In this document: one piece after another, positions 13,190-26,078 of the stretch
Numbering within the stretch: the first letter of the stretch is position 1
How the letters are laid out: each line of letters begins with the position of its first letter
Assembly (NCBI GenBank): GCA_951406725.2
Contig: OX597836.1
Span: forward strand, 9,176,001-9,240,000
Direction of reading: 5' to 3'
DNA length: 64,000 nucleotides
DNA from: Octopus vulgaris
Taxonomy: Eukaryota
Notes under the pieces: model-generated
What the model saw: the letters and a program-made list of their open reading frames with translations, nothing else
Database searches by the model: none
Told to the model about the DNA's origin: nothing
Position numbers and translations under genes: made by a program

Positions 13190-13505
13190 ATATCTCAAAA
13201 TCTCTCGTGGAAGCGTCATCCAACCAAAGTGCAAATATATGGGAAATTACCACCTGTGTCATCTCTTGTGAAAGGTAGAAGAGTCCAGTTTGCTGGACAT
13301 TGTTGTAGAGCTTAAAACGAGGTAATTTCTACTCTTCTCCTCTGGAAGCCACCTGCTCGCGATACCAGAGGTTGCACACTCTTCTACGCTGATGTAATCT
13401 CCAGGGATACAGGCATCCAGCAACAGGACCTCCATAATGCTATGATGGACCGTGAGGTCTGGCGTAACATAGTAAATTCCATTGTCTCGACCACGGTCAA
13501 ACGGC
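13190..13505 (+). mobile_element. RTE-clade LINE 3' end (second copy at 53497-53850)
   Basis: QNLSWKRHPTKVQIYGKLPPVSSLVKGRRVQFAGHCCRA...; near-identical to 53499-53837. Confidence 0.75.
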
Positions 13506-13849
13506 ATTATATCCAAAAGTATTCTTGGGTTGCATAATTGCTGCATCGTTTATGTTCTGTTGCTACCAATTTTCTCGGCCAGCTTCGTCTGGTTCCCATT
13601 CCGGTGGCACGTAAAAAGCTTCATCCGATCGTGGCCATTTGCCAGCCTCGTCTGGCACGTAAAAAGCACCCACTACACTCACGGAGTGGTTGGCGTTAGG
13701 AAGGGCATCCAGCTGTAGAAACACTGCCAGATCAGACTGGAGTCTGGTGCAGCCTTCTGGCTTCCCAGACCCCGGTCGAACAGTCCAATCCATGCAAGCA
13801 TGGAAAGTGGACGTTAAACAATGATGATGAGCATGTTTTCATCTTGTCG

Positions 13850-14140
13850 TCTCAATCTTTACATTCTTTCTCAAAGATTTGCTCATATTTTCTGTCGTAT
13901 GCTTCAAAGGTAGCTCCTTCGTTAGGGTTGTATTTGAACTCTGTTATGGAGTTCACAACATAGTCTGTCCAGAACAATTTTTCTGACTTTCCTGATGACT
14001 TCAGCAATTGCAACATTTCTTGCTCTAATATTACATGAAAGGAATTTAAAGGAATAACAACAGATCCTTTACTGATGTCAGTGCTCAATTCCAAAAGTAG
14101 AGTCAAATACTGTATAAAGTCAGTTTTGACTGGGACTTCC
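13850..14140 (-). mobile_element. Degenerate Ty3/Gypsy gag-like fragment
   Basis: DYVVNSITEFKYNPNEGATFEAYDRKYEQIFEKECKD resembles the N-termini of invertebrate Gypsy gag (FxYxPExGxTFxAWxxRYxDxF). Confidence 0.55.
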
Positions 14141-14271
14141 AAGTCTTACCAAACTGCTTATTGAACCAGTGAGGGAAGTAACCATTGGGCGAAAAACCAG
14201 AAGTACCAGTCAAAATTTATGTTATATTTGCATGTATATAAATATAAAGATATGTATTCTACTAAATATTA

Positions 14272-14302
<31 letters not shown>

Positions 14303-14726
14303 GAGGGAGAGAGAGAAATATAAACCTACATAACAATAATTTTGACCTTCACCTATTTTATGACAAAGCTCTGTTGTCTTTTATAGTTTTGGCATTAATG
14401 GCCATAAATTGCTCAGCTGAGCGTTCATTTTCTCAGTTGAAGAATATTAAAAAATCCCATCGTGACAATTATGCAGCAAAGCAGGCTGGACGTTTTATCC
14501 GTACTAAGTATAGAAGCAGATGAATTACTTAAGATTAATTTTGAGGATCCGATCAAAGACTTTGCAATTAAAAAAAGTGGGAGAAAACTTTTCAAATATA
14601 AATAAAGCGGAGCTATACAAACATAAACATTATTTTCTACCTCACTGTTAGTTTTGTTTCATTTTGAAAATATAAATTTACCTTATGGTTTATTATTGTT
14701 TTGATTTTAAATTAAATATATATATA

Positions 14727-15132
14727 GGCGCAGGAGTGGCTGTGTGGTAAGTAGCTTGCTAACCAACCACATGGTTCCGGGTTCAGTCCCACTGCATGGC
14801 ATCTTGGGCAAGTGTCTTCTGCTATAGCCCCGGGCCGACCAATGCCTTGTGAGTGGATTTGATAGACGGAAACTGAAAGAAGCCTGTCGTATATATGTAT
14901 ATATATATGTGTGTGTGTGTGTTTGTGTGTCTGTGTTTGTCCCCCTAGCATTGCTTGACAACCGATGCTGGTGTGTTTACGTCCCCGTCACTTAGCAGGT
15001 TCGGCAAAAGAGACCGATAGAATAAGTACTGGGCTTACAAAAGAATAAGTCCCGGGGTCGATTTGATCGACTAAAGGTGGTGCTCCAGCATGGCCACAGT
15101 CAAATGACTGAAACAAGTAAAAGAGTAAAAGA
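14727..15132 (+). mobile_element. Major bipartite tRNA/CORE-type SINE (octopus-type), full copy; >15 further copies or halves in the window
   Basis: GGCGCAGGAGTGGCTGTGTGGTAAG...GGTTCAGTCCC...CTTGGGCAAGT, central (TA/TG)n, 3' half ending GACTGAAACAAGTAAAAGAG. Others (approximate): 1-170(-), 16111(+), 18811(-), 24732(+), 26265(+), 31627(-), 35746(+), 49100(-), 52815(+), 54925(-), 55328(+), 58340(-), 61222(-). Confidence 0.85.
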
Positions 15133-15135
15133 GTA

Positions 15136-15176
<41 letters not shown>

Positions 15177-15178
<2 letters not shown>

Positions 15179-15527
15179 CGGAGATGTACTCGTATAGCAA
15201 GTAATTTGATCTGAGATCGTGTGCTGAAACGAAAACAATTGCAGCGTTGTTTATAAGCCATTTAAGAAACACACAAAAGCCGTTCGATTCACTTTAACAT
15301 TTAAGTTTAATTTGTCAAAATGTTTTTGTCGCTAAAATCTGCAACCTGTTCACTGACAAAAGTCCGTGCTGCATCACTTGAGATGCAGCACAGATTTTTG
15401 TCAGTGAACAGGTCGCAGATTTTAGCGACGAAAATATTTTGACAAATTGAACTTAAATGTTGAAGTGAATCGAACGGCTTTTGTGTGTTTCTTAAATGGC
15501 TTATAAACACCTTCCACGCTGCAATTG

Positions 15528-15529
<2 letters not shown>
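15177..15529 (-). mobile_element. Palindromic Penelope-like insertion in (TA)n carrying a G3:C8 hammerhead
   Basis: Arms 15234-15375 and 15382-15529 (loop ACTTGA); tail 15177-15233; TA repeats on both sides. Confidence 0.7.
15397..15446 (+). ncRNA. Minimal type-I hammerhead ribozyme, G3:C8 core variant
   Basis: TTTGTCA-GTGAACA-g-GTCGC-agatttta-GCGAC-GAAA-ATAT-T-T-TGACAAA: 7-bp stem I, 5-bp stem II, palindromic stem III AAUAUU. Confidence 0.7.
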
Positions 15530-15589
<60 letters not shown>

Positions 15590-15592
<3 letters not shown>

Positions 15593-15915
15593 TAAATAAA
15601 TGGAGTTGAACACAGGTGTTATTCAAATTCTTTTACTTTCGACATTAAGAAGATTGCATTGTTTTGCACCGTTTCTTCCTTTGGAATAGGGCAACTGTTG
15701 TCTTCAAAACATATGTTGAAAGTAAAAGAATTTGAATAGCATCTGCGTTCAACTCCATTTATTTACTTATACTACACAAATTACTGCACATTAACCCGGA
15801 ATTTCTACCTTTGATTAGGTCGCTACATCCTTGTTCTTGCGTGAATTTTGCTACCCTAGTAACTGTTTATTGAATTTTCCATGTTAACAGTAAACAAAGG
15901 ATAATTCATTCATCC

Positions 15916-15918
<3 letters not shown>
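15590..15918 (+). mobile_element. Inverted-repeat Penelope-like insertion in (TA)n with tail
   Basis: 15590-15646 is inverted to 15714-15768, with a ~67 bp spacer and ~150 bp tail; TA tracts on both flanks. Confidence 0.55.
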
Positions 15919-15963
<45 letters not shown>

Positions 15964-16934
15964 GGGCACCAAAATCTATCAAGTGCTTAGGTCCTCTATG
16001 GGTCTTAATCCAGCCCTGTATAGAAGCAGATGTGTTATGTGAGATTAATTTTGAGGATCTGATCAAAGACTTTGCAATTGAAAAAAGGTAAAAGAAAACT
16101 TTTCAAAAATAGGTGCAAGAGTGACTGTGTGGTAAGTAGGTTGCTTACCAACTACATCATTCCGGGTTCGTTCCCACTGCATGGCACCTTGGGCAAGTGT
16201 CTTCTACTATAGCCTCGAGCTGACCAAAGCTTTGTGAGTGGATTTAATAGACGGAAACTGAAAGAAGCTTGTCGTATATATGTATGTATATATATATGTA
16301 TGTGTGTGTGTGTATGTCTGTGTGTCTCCCTAGCATTGCTTGACAACCGATGCTGGTGTGTTTACATCCCCGTAACTTAGTGATTCAGCAAAAGAGACCG
16401 ATAGAATAAGTACTAGGCTTACAAAGAATAAGTCCTGGGGTCGATTCGCTCGATCGACTAAAGGCGGTGCTCCAGCATGGCTGCAGTCAAATGACTGAAA
16501 CCAGTAAAAGAGTAAAAGAGTAAAAGTGGAAGTATACAAAATTAAACATTATATTTTCCATGTTACGGAGAGTTTTGTCTCATTTTGAAAAATAAATATT
16601 TATTTCATGGTTTATTATTTCGTGGTCTATATTTTGAATTACATATATATATGGGTGCTTCAAAATCTCATAAGTGCTAAGGGTTGCTATGGGTTTTAAT
16701 CCAGCCCTGGTAGAGAGGACACATATAATAATAATAATAATGATTTCAAATTTTGGCAGAAGGCCAGCAATTTGGGGGTGAGAGGATAAGCCTTTCTATG
16801 GTGTGTATCCTTATCAGATAAAGATATCCACCATGGAAAGACAGATTGGATTAAATAGAACAGAAGGAGACACATGGGATGGAGAATCACAGTAGAGGAC
16901 ACAGGATGTGTGATGAAAGATTTTCAGACGAGGC

Positions 16935-17403
16935 ACAGTCAACCTAGGCAGAATTTGAACTCAGAATGTAGTGGCAGATGAAATACCTATTACTTAACTA
17001 CCCACAAGGGGCTAAACATAGAGGGGACAAACAAGGACAGACAAACGGATTACGTCGATTATATCGACTCCAGTGAGTAACTGGTACTTATTTAATCGAC
17101 CCCGAAAGGATGAAAGGCAAAGTCGACCTCGGCGGAATTTGAACTCAGAACATAACAGCAGACGAAATACCTATTTCTTTATTACTCACAAGGAGCTAAA
17201 CACAGAAAGGACAAACAAGGACAGACAAACGGATTAAGTCGATTATATCGACCCCAGTGCGTAACTGGTACTTATTTAATCGATCCCAAAAGGATGAAAG
17301 GCAAAGTTGACCTCGGCGATATTTGAACTCAGAACGTAACGGCAGACGAAATACGGCTACGCATTTCGCCCGGTGTGCTAACGTTTCTGCCAGCTCACCG
17401 CCC
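16935..17403 (-). mobile_element. Second SINE family (Meta-domain-like GCCTTTCATCCTTTCGGGGTCGAT) with internal tandem duplications
   Basis: Head GGCGGTGAGCTGGCAGAAACGTTAG, B-box GAGTTCAAATTCC, ~180 bp unit repeated. Others at ~1746(-), 25228(-), 30578(+), 42094(+), 50736(-), 60418(+), 62140(-). Confidence 0.75.
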
Positions 17404-17719
17404 TTCCTTCTCTCGATGTTGAGTGCTTAGTTGTAAACAAACACCATTCTTATACAAGTGGTGCTGTTTGCAATCTTCTGTGATGGCACATTTTCAGACA
17501 AAAAGGAAATATTGCTTTGCTTGGGAACAGATGAGGATTGGCGACAGGAAAAATATCTGGCCATAGAAAGTCAGCTTCAATTACTTTTGTCTGAGCCATA
17601 AGAAAGCGGACATTAAAAAGATCAAAACAATGTTGATGATGACGATGATAATGATGCATGCGTGTGTGTGTGTGTGTATGTGCACGTGCATGTATGTGTT
17701 TAATGACCAATTCCTTATG

Positions 17720-18800
17720 AGTACAATTTGTTAAATGGCTTCATTCCTTGTGAGCTTACGCATGTCCTCAGCAGTCACAGCCCATGTTTCACTGCCATGT
17801 AGCATGGCTGTTCGTACACATGCGTCATACAGTCTACCTTTTACTCTGAGCGAGAGGCCCTTTGTCGCCCAGCAGAGGTAAGAGCTCTCTGAACTTTGCC
17901 CAGGCTATTCTTATTCTAGCAGCTACACTTTCAGCGCACCCTCCCCCGCTACTGACTTGGTCACCTAGGTAATGGAAGCTATCAACAACTTCTAGTTTTT
18001 CTCCCTGGAATGTGACGGAAGTTGGTCTCTGCGCATTTTCAGTGTTTATTGCTCCCAAGCATCTGCCACATACAAAAACTATCTTCCTAGTTAGCCTTCC
18101 TTTGACATTGCTGCACCTCTTATGTGTCCATAGCTTATACTCTTATAGAGTTTCTACCTACGCCTTTTCTACAGAATGAGCAGGGCCATCTACCTGAAAG
18201 GATTTGTGGTTTGCCTGCCTTCCTACATATTAGAACTTTGGTTTTAGCTAGGTTGATTCTAAGGCCCTTCGATTCTAATCCTTGCTTCCACACCTGAAAC
18301 TTCTCCTCTAGTTCTGATAGTGACTCAGCAATTAGAGCAAGGTCATCAGCATAGAGGAGCTCCCAGAGGCATCCTGTCTTGAATTCCTCTGTTATTGCCT
18401 GGAGGACTATGATAAATAGGAGGGGGCTGAGGACTGAACCTTGGTGGACCCCTATGTCTACCCTGAATTCTCCAGTGTACTCATTGCCAACCCTCACCTT
18501 ACTTACAGCGTCCCTGTACATGGCTTGCACAGCTCTCACTAACCATTCATCTATCCCTAGTTTCCTCATTGACCACCAGATAAGGGATCGGGAGACCGTG
18601 TCGAAGGCTTTCTCCATGTCAACGAAAGCCAGGTACAGGGGCTTATCTTTGGCTAGGTATTTCTCCTGCAGCCGTCTTACCAGAAATATGGCATCCGTGG
18701 TGCTTTTCCCAGGCACGAAACCAAACTGCATCTCATCCAAGCTGACTCTCTTCCTAATCAGTTGGGCTATGACCCTCTCCGTAACCTTCATTACCTGATC
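17720..18800 (-). mobile_element. RTE/RTEX LINE reverse transcriptase fragment
   Basis: QFGFVPGKSTTDAIF, AFVDMEKAFD, GVHQGSVLSPLLF, LLYADDL, then Cys-rich insert WPCSFCRKGVG and FHYLGD. Confidence 0.92.
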
Positions 18801-19250
18801 CAAATACCACGGCCTTCTTTCAGTTTCCGTCTACCAAATCCACTCACAAGGCTTTGGTCGGCCCGAGGCTATAGTAGAAGACACTTGCCCAAAGTGCCAT
18901 GCAGTGGGACTGAATCCGGAACCATGTGGTTGGTAAGCAACCTACTTACCACACAGCCACTCCTACGCCTATAACTATTTAGTTTGTAACTATTTAGAAG
19001 TTCAATACCAGATTAAATCTTTAGCAATTAACATGGATACTAGGAAGAAATTTAAAACCAGCTGGTTGATTGTTTAGTTAAAATTATATTTTGTTATATA
19101 GTAAAACAATAGAAACACAACACACACACACACGTGCACACACACACACACACGTGCACACACTCACATACACTTACATACAAGCACTTACATTTTTTTT
19201 TCAAGGAGTGGTACCTGGTCAGGCTATTTGTAGTAGTAGTAGTAGTAGTG

Positions 19251-19287
<37 letters not shown>

Positions 19288-19658
19288 GCAGTTATATCTG
19301 TAATCTGTCTCTTTATTATTTGTGTCAATTGAAATATTTAATAGAAGGTGGGTCAGAACATGGATATATGTGTGTGTGTGTGTGTGTGTGTGTATGTATA
19401 TGTATATCATCATCATCATCATCATCATCGTTTAACGTCTGTTCTCCATGCTAGCATGGGTTGGACTGTTCAACCGGGGATCTGGGAGGCCAGAAGGCTG
19501 CACCAGGCTCCAGTCTTATCTGGCAATGTTTCTACAGCTGGATACCCTTCCTAACGCCGTGAGTGTAGTGGGTGCTTTTTACGTGCCACCTGCACAGGTG
19601 CCACGCGAGGCTGGCAACGGCCACGGTCAGATTGCTGTATTTTACGTGCCACCGGCAT

Positions 19659-19698
<40 letters not shown>

Positions 19699-20208
19699 TG
19701 CTAGATCAGACTGGAGCCTGGTGCAGCCTCCTGGCTTCCCAGACCCCAGTCAAATCGTCCAACCCATGCAAGCATGGAAAACAGACGTTAAACGATGATG
19801 ACGTATGCATGTATATGTATGTATAACAAGGATTTTTTAAATAATGTTGTCTGCTGCTATTCAGAATACAGAGGAGTTGTCACATATACATACACATATA
19901 TACATACATTCGTACATAAATGCATGCATACATACACACACACACACATGCATACATACATACATACATACATACATACATACATACATACATACATACA
20001 TGCATGCATTCATACATTTGCAGTTATAGCAATAATTAAAATACATGTGTTTGTCTAAATATGATATATGCATGTAAAAGCATAAGCACACATATACAAA
20101 CACATACCCACACACATGCACACATGCACACAAACACACACATGTGCACACACATACACACAAACCCACATGTATACACATACCTATATATGTGTATGTA
20201 CATATTTA

Positions 20209-20264
<56 letters not shown>

Positions 20265-20599
20265 TGAAGGCACATGGCTCATTGGTTAGAGCATCGAGGT
20301 TACGACCATGAGGTTGTGAGTTCGAATCCCGGACCGGGCTGCATGTTGTGTTCTTGAGCAAGACACTTTATTTCACGTTGCTCCAGTTCACTCAGCTGTG
20401 GAAATGGAGTTGCAACGTCACTGGTGTCAAGCTGTATCGGCCCCTTTGCCTTTCTCTTGGATAACATCGGAGGCATGGAGAGAGGGGAGGCTGGTATGCA
20501 TGAGTGACTGCTGGCCTTCCGTAAGCAACCTTGCCCAGACTTGTGCCTCGGATGCTAACTTTCTAGGTGCAATCCCATTTGTAGCGAAGACTTTGCCCA

Positions 20600-20820
20600 G
20601 CTGGTTGTAACGTCATAATTTCTTGTTGACGTCTTTTCTTGTCTTTCCATTTCTCCTCTCTCTCTCTCTCTGTCACTCCTTTGGGTTCCCTCTTTTACGG
20701 TACGTCGCCAATCTCCATGGTTGCTGGCAACTGCTTCCCAGTTGCTAATATTGATGTCGCAAGCCTTCATGTCCCTTTTGCAAACATCCTTATATCGTAA
20801 GAACAATTTTCCCACAGACC
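20600..20820 (-). mobile_element. RTE-BovB-like LINE C-terminal fragment
   Basis: LRYKDVCKRDMKACDINISNWEAVASNHGDWRRTVKEG. Confidence 0.7.
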
Positions 20821-20851
<31 letters not shown>

Positions 20852-22442
20852 TTTTAATTAATAAACACAATATATGTTTTTATGTGCTACTATTAGTTTC
20901 CTGTGCTGAGAGCATGCCAGACGGTATTTTTAACACATCTGATCTCCTAGCCCAATTATCAGACACTGCCCATATGGTTTAATGAACTAAAAATGAGGCA
21001 GCAGGATGAGAGAAAAGCAAGAAAGAAGTAAATGTAAAAGGTGGGAGGTTGAAAATCCAGAAAAAGAAAACAGAAAAATACAAAAGGGGAGAATTAGAGT
21101 TATTTGCCCTTAGACTTTAAAATATAAGCCTGAAAAGATAGTGGCTTAGAGTCTGTGATACAGTTGTTCAATCCAGAGAGAGGGGCACTTTCTAATTCAT
21201 CAACAGGAACTTAGTCATATGCTTACAACTGCCGAAAGTTTCAGATCTAGAATTCAGCTGTGTTAGACTTTTTAGATCTAAGAACTGTAGGGCAATGCTG
21301 AATTAGTTGAACAAATTAACCCTAGTACTTTATTTTTAAACTTGATACTTATTTTATCATTCTGTTTTTGCCAAACTGCTAAGTTAAGGAGACAAGCACA
21401 CCATCACCAGTTGTCATGTGATGTGGGACAAACACATGCATACATGTATAGACAATTTGATTCTTTCTATCTGTCAAATTCACCCACAATTCTTTGGTTG
21501 GCTCGAAGTTATACTAGAAGGCACTTGCTCAAGGTACCATAGAGTGGGACTGAACCTGAAACCATATGGTTGTGAAGGAAATTTCTTACCCCACAGCCAC
21601 TTCTACACTAAGTCCCATGTTGTGAACAAACATTAGTTGTTGACACATGACAGCTACTACCATCAATTATGTATTATAATCTGTTGGTTAAAGCCGCACC
21701 TATCTTTACAGACAACTAACAATGCATCTGCAATGTAGGGCATTGTACAAAGATTCTTTGAAAATACTTCAAAAACTTCCTGATCATAAAACTCAAGATC
21801 AGAATGTTGAAATATCTCATAGCCTTGTAAGCTTGTAATACAGGAAGAAACAAGACGTTATCTTGGTTCAGAAAACAAATCCTGTCCATAATACTGAAGC
21901 AATGAACGATATATATCAGCAATAACTTCACAGATGTTTATGAGCGCTTGTCCAATGTACCATGCATTAGGAGTGAACTTGAAACACATGTTCAGGAAAC
22001 AGACTTCTTAACTTCCTCATCATCGTTTAATATCTGCTCTCTCCATGCTGGCATAGGATGGACGGTTTGATGTGGAGCTGGCCGGCCATCTGGTAGCTGT
22101 CCAGACTCCAACTGTCTATTGTGGCATGGTTTCTACAGCTGGATGCCCTTCCTAATGCCAGTCACTTAGGAGAGTATACTGGGTGCCACTGGCACAGTTG
22201 CGTTTACGTGGCACCAGCAGGAGTGTATTTCCATGGCACCAGCATGGGTGCGTTAATGCAGCACTGGCCTAGTGCTTTTCATGTAGCACAAGCACCTGTA
22301 GAGGACAAGCCTCTACATGTGGAACGCCGCAATTTTACTTAACTTGACATATCTTATCAAGTGGTGGTGGTGTGTGTGTATATCTGTGTATATATATATA
22401 TATATACACATGTATATATATATATATATTCTTATATACACA

Positions 22443-22825
22443 CTAGCAGTATCGCCCGGCGTTGCTCAGGTTTGTAAGGGAAATAACTATAAAGCATTTT
22501 TAGAGAGTTATAGCCAAAAAATAGCAAAAAAATGGAAAAAAATGATGGTAAATTTTTTTTGGGATTTAAAAAAGGTAGAGTTGCGTCCCCTAGACAGTTT
22601 GTGGTTCGTATTCCTGATTCTCGACCCCATGTCGAATTTATCGATTTTTTCAGAACTGGGGGAACTTTTCAAAATTTTCGCTGCGTTAGTTTTGAATTAT
22701 GACATTGGGCTATGTGTGTGTCAAGTTTCATCAGAATCGGTTGAAAGCCGTGGTCAGGGTGAGGGTACAAGCAAACAGACACACAGAAACACGCACAGAC
22801 AAACTGCCGTTTATATAGAGAGAGA
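22443..22825 (-). mobile_element. Non-autonomous Helitron
   Basis: Minus strand starts TC after A and ends with hairpin CCTGAGCAACGCCGGG + CTAG before T; no TSD. Confidence 0.8.
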
Positions 22826-23685
22826 TGTATATATATATATATATATATAATATACATATATGTATATGTATGTGTATATGTATATATATGCGTGTGTATA
22901 TATATACACACATATATGTCTGCATGCATATATATATATACATATATATGGGTTGTCAAACCATCCATTCCCTGCCAGCGTAGAATATGGACATCAGACG
23001 ACGATGATGATATATGTATGTATGTATGTATACAATCACTTACTCACACACACACATACACACACTGTATCACAAAATAAACAACCTAACTACGACCAGC
23101 AGACCTGGGCATCTTGGGCAATGGTTAACATAATACGCATAAAGGTTTTAATTGATACACATGGCGGTGCCCCAGCATGGTCACAGCTTGTGAGCTGAAA
23201 CTAAATAAATAAATAAAAATAAAAATAAATGCTGTTATGCACAAACTTCTGCATCCTATGCACACACACACACACACACACACACTCGACAATTCTAAGT
23301 TAAGCCTTCATATTGCTTCCTCAGACAGAACCATGCCCTGTGTGTGCAAAAGACGAGGTTCGCGCCACTTGCAAGATTATTAGCAACAATTACTGTTTTC
23401 TCTGGCATTCCTCTCCGTTAACAATTATGCCATTATGAAAACCAGTTGCCATCGAGAGCCAAAATATCTAGCGCTCGGCCAATTTGGGTTACGAAAGTAT
23501 TTCGGCGAAAAGTTATATTTATTTGGTCATAATTTGAGATAATGATAACGAAGCACTTAACAGTTCCTCCTCTGTACTTCGATGCCTCTGTGTGTGTGTG
23601 TGTGTGTTTATTTATGTATGTGTTTATGTATGTATGCGTGTATGTATCTATGCATGGATATATACTCATAGATACATAAATACAC

Positions 23686-23732
<47 letters not shown>

Positions 23733-23998
23733 AATAAATATTCATATATACACATGTATATATATATATAAATATATATATATTCTTATATACACATGTA
23801 TATATATATAAATATATATATATTCTTATATACACATGTATATATATATAAATATATATATATTCTTATATACACATGTATATATATATAAATATATATA
23901 TATTCTTATATACACATGTATATATATATATAAATATATATATATTCTTATATACACATTATCAAAGTATCAAAGTATCAAAGTATATATATATATAA

Positions 23999-24073
<75 letters not shown>

Positions 24074-24187
24074 ATATACATATATGTATATGTGTGTGTG
24101 TATATGTATATATATGTGTGTATATATATATATACACATATATGTCTGTGTGCATATATATACATATATATTTATATATATATGTAT

Positions 24188-24357
<170 letters not shown>

Positions 24358-24514
24358 GTGCATGTGTATGTCAGTGACTTATTGTCTGTGTGTCGTGAAT
24401 ATAAATCCATGCCTGCCTGTCTGTTGAATATTATGTCTGTGTAACAGTGAAATATCTGTGTAAATGTATGAACGTGTCTATTAGTAAATATACACAAAAG
24501 TGTATATTTTTACT

Positions 24515-24552
<38 letters not shown>

Positions 24553-24915
24553 AATGCACAAGCACACACAGATTTCAGAAAATTCGTGTGTTCCTGTCTA
24601 AATGTAACTCATTGCAGACAGCCTTTGAGTACAGCATCATATTACTTAGTAAACAGTTTTTAAACAGTACAGAGAGAATTGAGTACAGAAGAAATGAGTA
24701 CAAGGAGAACTTTGTACTTGTTACTCAGCATAGGCGCAGGAGTGGCTGTGTGGTAAGTAGCTTGCTTACCAACCACATGGTTCCGGGTTCAGTCCCACTG
24801 TGTGGCATCTTGGGCAAGTGTCTTCTACTATAGCCTCAGGGGCCAACCAAAACCTTGTGAGTGGATTTATTAGATAGAAACTGAAAGAAGCCCATCATAT
24901 ATATGTATACTTATA

Positions 24916-24951
<36 letters not shown>

Positions 24952-25704
24952 TGTGTATGATTGTGTGTCTGTGTTTGTCCCCCACAACATCGCTTGACAA
25001 TCGATGCTGGTGTGTTTACGTCCCTGTAACTTAACAGTTCGGCAAAAGAGACCGATAGAATAAGTACTAGGCTTACGAAAAATAAGTCCTGGGGTCGATT
25101 TGCTCGACTAAAGGCGGTGCTCCAGCATGGGCACAGTCACATGACTGAAACAAGCAAAAGAGTAATTATATAAACCACTTTAAATATTATTTCAGCAAGT
25201 TGAAAGCAATTTTTTGGGGGCCATAAACCTATTTCTTTACTACCCACAAGGGGCTAGACACAGAGAGGTCAAACAAGGACAGACAAATGGATTAAGGCGA
25301 ATACATCAACCCCAGTGCATAACTGGTACTTATTTAATCGACCCCGAAAGGATGAAAGGCAAAGTCGACCTCGGCGGAATTTGAACTCAAAATGTAGCGG
25401 CAGACGAAATATTAGTAAGCATTATGCCCAGAGTGCTAACGTTTCTGCCAGCTCGCCGCCTTAACCATAAACCATTTACCATTTTTTGTGGTGCCCCCAC
25501 TTCCCTTGATACCCTAAGCACATGATTATTTTGCTCAATGGTTAATCCAGTCCTGTAGGACTGATTTACTTAAACAGAGACTCGAAGGAGCATTACTCAT
25601 ACCTGTTTCAAATTTTGGCACAAGGCCAGCAAGTTGGTGGGGGAGTCAATTACATCAACCTCAGTGTTCAACTGTTACTTATTTTGTTGACCCCTAAAGG
25701 CACA

Positions 25705-26078
25705 TAAAAAGCACCATCCAAACGTGGCCGATGCCAGCGCCGCCTCGACTGGCTTCAGTGCCGGTGGCACATAAAAAGCACCATCCGAATGTGGCTGATA
25801 CCAGCGCCGCCTTGGCTGGCTTCCGTGCCGGTGGCACGTTATAAGCACCTACCGATCGTGGCCAATGCCGGACTCCCCTGGCACCTATGCAGGTGGCACA
25901 TAAAAAGCACCCACTACATTTGCGGAGTGGTTGGCGTTAGGAAGGGCATCCAGCTGTAGAAACACTGCCAGATCAGACTGGAGCCTGGTGCAGCCCCTGG
26001 CTTCCCAGACCCCGGTCGAACCGTCCAACCCGTGCTAGCACAGAAAACGGACGTTATCCGATGATGATGATGATGATG
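25705..26078 (+). mobile_element. RTE-tail-like repeat with tandem GGTGGCACGTAAAAAGCACC units and (GAT)n tail
   Basis: GGCGTTAGGAAGGGCATCCAGCTGTAGAA...GGACGTTA..CGATGATGATG. Other copies at ~4735, 13590, 27170, 37120, 37450, 46800(-), 56580. Confidence 0.6.

Larger units (their letters stand above)
14340..16708 (+). mobile_element. hAT transposon 3' remnants, tandemly duplicated and interrupted by SINEs and Penelope-like palindromes
   Basis: NCSAERSFSQLKNIK (hATC dimerisation motif) at ~14410. INFEDxIKDFAI at ~14535 and ~16045. Terminal ...TTAATCCAGCCCTG at 16018 and 16708. Confidence 0.65.

Noticed and set aside
14727-14800. tRNA-like A/B boxes
   Set aside because: SINE heads, not full cloverleaf tRNA genes.
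21650-21930. Possible mariner N-terminal relic on minus (ADIYRSLLQYYGQDLFSE)
   Set aside because: Too short and degenerate, no TIRs found.
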